Shown piece after piece: positions 17,501 through 20,000 of a stretch of DNA of 20,000 nt (position 1 is its first letter; each line of letters begins with the position of its first letter). The notes below the pieces were generated by a model. It was not told the DNA's origin and did no database searches. It saw nothing but the letters and a program-made list of their open reading frames with translations. Source of the DNA: Flectonema sp. DT1601. Lineage: Eukaryota. Position numbers and translations under genes: made by a program. Location of the stretch: the NCBI GenBank assembly GCA_964019425.1, contig OZ025784.1, positions 1,721,502-1,741,501 of the forward strand. Reading direction: 5' to 3'.

Positions 17501-20000
17501 CCCGCAAACCCGCAAACCCGCAAACCCGCAAACCCGCAAACCCGCAAACCCGCAAACCCGCAAACCCGCAAACCCGCAAACCCGCAAACCCGCAAACCCG
17601 CAAACCCGCAAACCCGCAAACCCGCAAACCCGCAAACCCGCAAACCCGCAAACCCGCAAACCCGCAAACCCGCAAACCCGCAAACCCGCAAACCCGCAAA
17701 CCCGCAAACCCGCAAACCCGCAAACCCGCAAACCCGCAAACCCGCAAACCCGCAAACCCGCAAACCCGCAAACCCGCAAACCCGCAAACCCGCAAACCCG
17801 CAAACCCGCAAACCCGCAAACCCGCAAACCCGCAAACCCGCAAACCCGCAAACCCGCAAACCCGCAAACCCGCAAACCCGCAAACCCGCAAACCCGCAAA
17901 CCCGCAAACCCGCAAACCCGCAAACCCGCAAACCCGCAAACCCGCAAACCCGCAAACCCGCAAACCCGCAAACCCGCAAACCCGCAAACCCGCAAACCCG
18001 CAAACCCGCAAACCCGCAAACCCGCAAACCCGCAAACCCGCAAACCCGCAAACCCGCAAACCCGCAAACCCGCAAACCCGCAAACCCGCAAACCCGCAAA
18101 CCCGCAAACCCGCAAACCCGCAAACCCGCAAACCCGCAAACCCGCAAACCCGCAAACCCGCAAACCCGCAAACCCGCAAACCCGCAAACCCGCAAACCCG
18201 CAAACCCGCAAACCCGCAAACCCGCAAACCCGCAAACCCGCAAACCCGCAAACCCGCAAACCCGCAAACCCGCAAACCCGCAAACCCGCAAACCCGCAAA
18301 CCCGCAAACCCGCAAACCCGCAAACCCGCAAACCCGCAAACCCGCAAACCCGCAAACCCGCAAACCCGCAAACCCGCAAACCCGCAAACCCGCAAACCCG
18401 CAAACCCGCAAACCCGCAAACCCGCAAACCCGCAAACCCGCAAACCCGCAAACCCGCAAACCCGCAAACCCGCAAACCCGCAAACCCGCAAACCCGCAAA
18501 CCCGCAAACCCGCAAACCCGCAAACCCGCAAACCCGCAAACCCGCAAACCCGCAAACCCGCAAACCCGCAAACCCGCAAACCCGCAAACCCGCAAACCCG
18601 CAAACCCGCAAACCCGCAAACCCGCAAACCCGCAAACCCGCAAACCCGCAAACCCGCAAACCCGCAAACCCGCAAACCCGCAAACCCGCAAACCCGCAAA
18701 CCCGCAAACCCGCAAACCCGCAAACCCGCAAACCCGCAAACCCGCAAACCCGCAAACCCGCAAACCCGCAAACCCGCAAACCCGCAAACCCGCAAACCCG
18801 CAAACCCGCAAACCCGCAAACCCGCAAACCCGCAAACCCGCAAACCCGCAAACCCGCAAACCCGCAAACCCGCAAACCCGCAAACCCGCAAACCCGCAAA
18901 CCCGCAAACCCGCAAACCCGCAAACCCGCAAACCCGCAAACCCGCAAACCCGCAAACCCGCAAACCCGCAAACCCGCAAACCCGCAAACCCGCAAACCCG
19001 CAAACCCGCAAACCCGCAAACCCGCAAACCCGCAAACCCGCAAACCCGCAAACCCGCAAACCCGCAAACCCGCAAACCCGCAAACCCGCAAACCCGCAAA
19101 CCCGCAAACCCGCAAACCCGCAAACCCGCAAACCCGCAAACCCGCAAACCCGCAAACCCGCAAACCCGCAAACCCGCAAACCCGCAAACCCGCAAACCCG
19201 CAAACCCGCAAACCCGCAAACCCGCAAACCCGCAAACCCGCAAACCCGCAAACCCGCAAACCCGCAAACCCGCAAACCCGCAAACCCGCAAACCCGCAAA
19301 CCCGCAAACCCGCAAACCCGCAAACCCGCAAACCCGCAAACCCGCAAACCCGCAAACCCGCAAACCCGCAAACCCGCAAACCCGCAAACCCGCAAACCCG
19401 CAAACCCGCAAACCCGCAAACCCGCAAACCCGCAAACCCGCAAACCCGCAAACCCGCAAACCCGCAAACCCGCAAACCCGCAAACCCGCAAACCCGCAAA
19501 CCCGCAAACCCGCAAACCCGCAAACCCGCAAACCCGCAAACCCGCAAACCCGCAAACCCGCAAACCCGCAAACCCGCAAACCCGCAAACCCGCAAACCCG
19601 CAAACCCGCAAACCCGCAAACCCGCAAACCCGCAAACCCGCAAACCCGCAAACCCGCAAACCCGCAAACCCGCAAACCCGCAAACCCGCAAACCCGCAAA
19701 CCCGCAAACCCGCAAACCCGCAAACCCGCAAACCCGCAAACCCGCAAACCCGCAAACCCGCAAACCCGCAAACCCGCAAACCCGCAAACCCGCAAACCCG
19801 CAAACCCGCAAACCCGCAAACCCGCAAACCCGCAAACCCGCAAACCCGCAAACCCGCAAACCCGCAAACCCGCAAACCCGCAAACCCGCAAACCCGCAAA
19901 CCCGCAAACCCGCAAACCCGCAAACCCGCAAACCCGCAAACCCGCAAACCCGCAAACCCGCAAACCCGCAAACCCGCAAACCCGCAAACCCGCAAACCCG
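11573..20000. repeat. Long homogeneous telomere-like array (CCCGCAAA)n / (TTTGCGGG)n, >8.4 kb, ~1050 units, extending past the window
   Basis: No variant units seen by eye. The TnGGG-type unit with strong G/C strand asymmetry resembles telomerase-made repeats; telomeric function is inferred. Confidence 0.97.

Noticed and set aside
10766..19995. Giant 2800-3070 aa ORFs of RVCGFAGL repeats, including an apparent repeat-RT fusion protein
   Set aside because: The octamer has no stop codon in any frame, and the starts are alternative TTG codons. Only 11115-11572 is real coding-derived sequence.

Overview
AT-rich, apparently eukaryotic, repeat-dominated region that looks like telomere/subtelomere DNA. 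The dominant feature is an apparently perfect octamer array (CCCGCAAA)n, which reads (TTTGCGGG)n on the minus strand. It runs from 11573 beyond the window end (>8.4 kb, ~1050 units). Three shorter arrays of the same polarity lie at 4061-4282, 8430-8734 and 10872-11114, with a degenerate 3-unit seed at 2559-2584. The arrays separate discrete segments: (i) three copies of a 1.2-1.6 kb block that always starts at CCCGCA/CCTGCA|CTAGAG and carries a 28-bp-stem hairpin and tRNA-like A/B-box motifs; (ii) a 32-bp minisatellite containing the octamer core in opposite polarity; (iii) a 136-bp tandem repeat; (iv) a 458-bp, stop-free, doubly truncated non-LTR reverse transcriptase core (GVPQGSILGP, YADD) lying directly between two octamer arrays. 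An 82-bp MITE with a TA duplication (empty site visible in a paralogous copy) sits in the first block. The left end holds the 3' part of a frameshifted gene resembling Crinkler/RHS-type NTPase plus restriction-endonuclease-fold proteins. The giant RVCGFAGL/PANPQTRK ORFs are artefacts of the stop-free octamer. Working hypothesis (inference): TTTGCGGG is a non-canonical telomere repeat, and the region records repeated capture of DNA onto telomeric tracts followed by re-addition of repeats.
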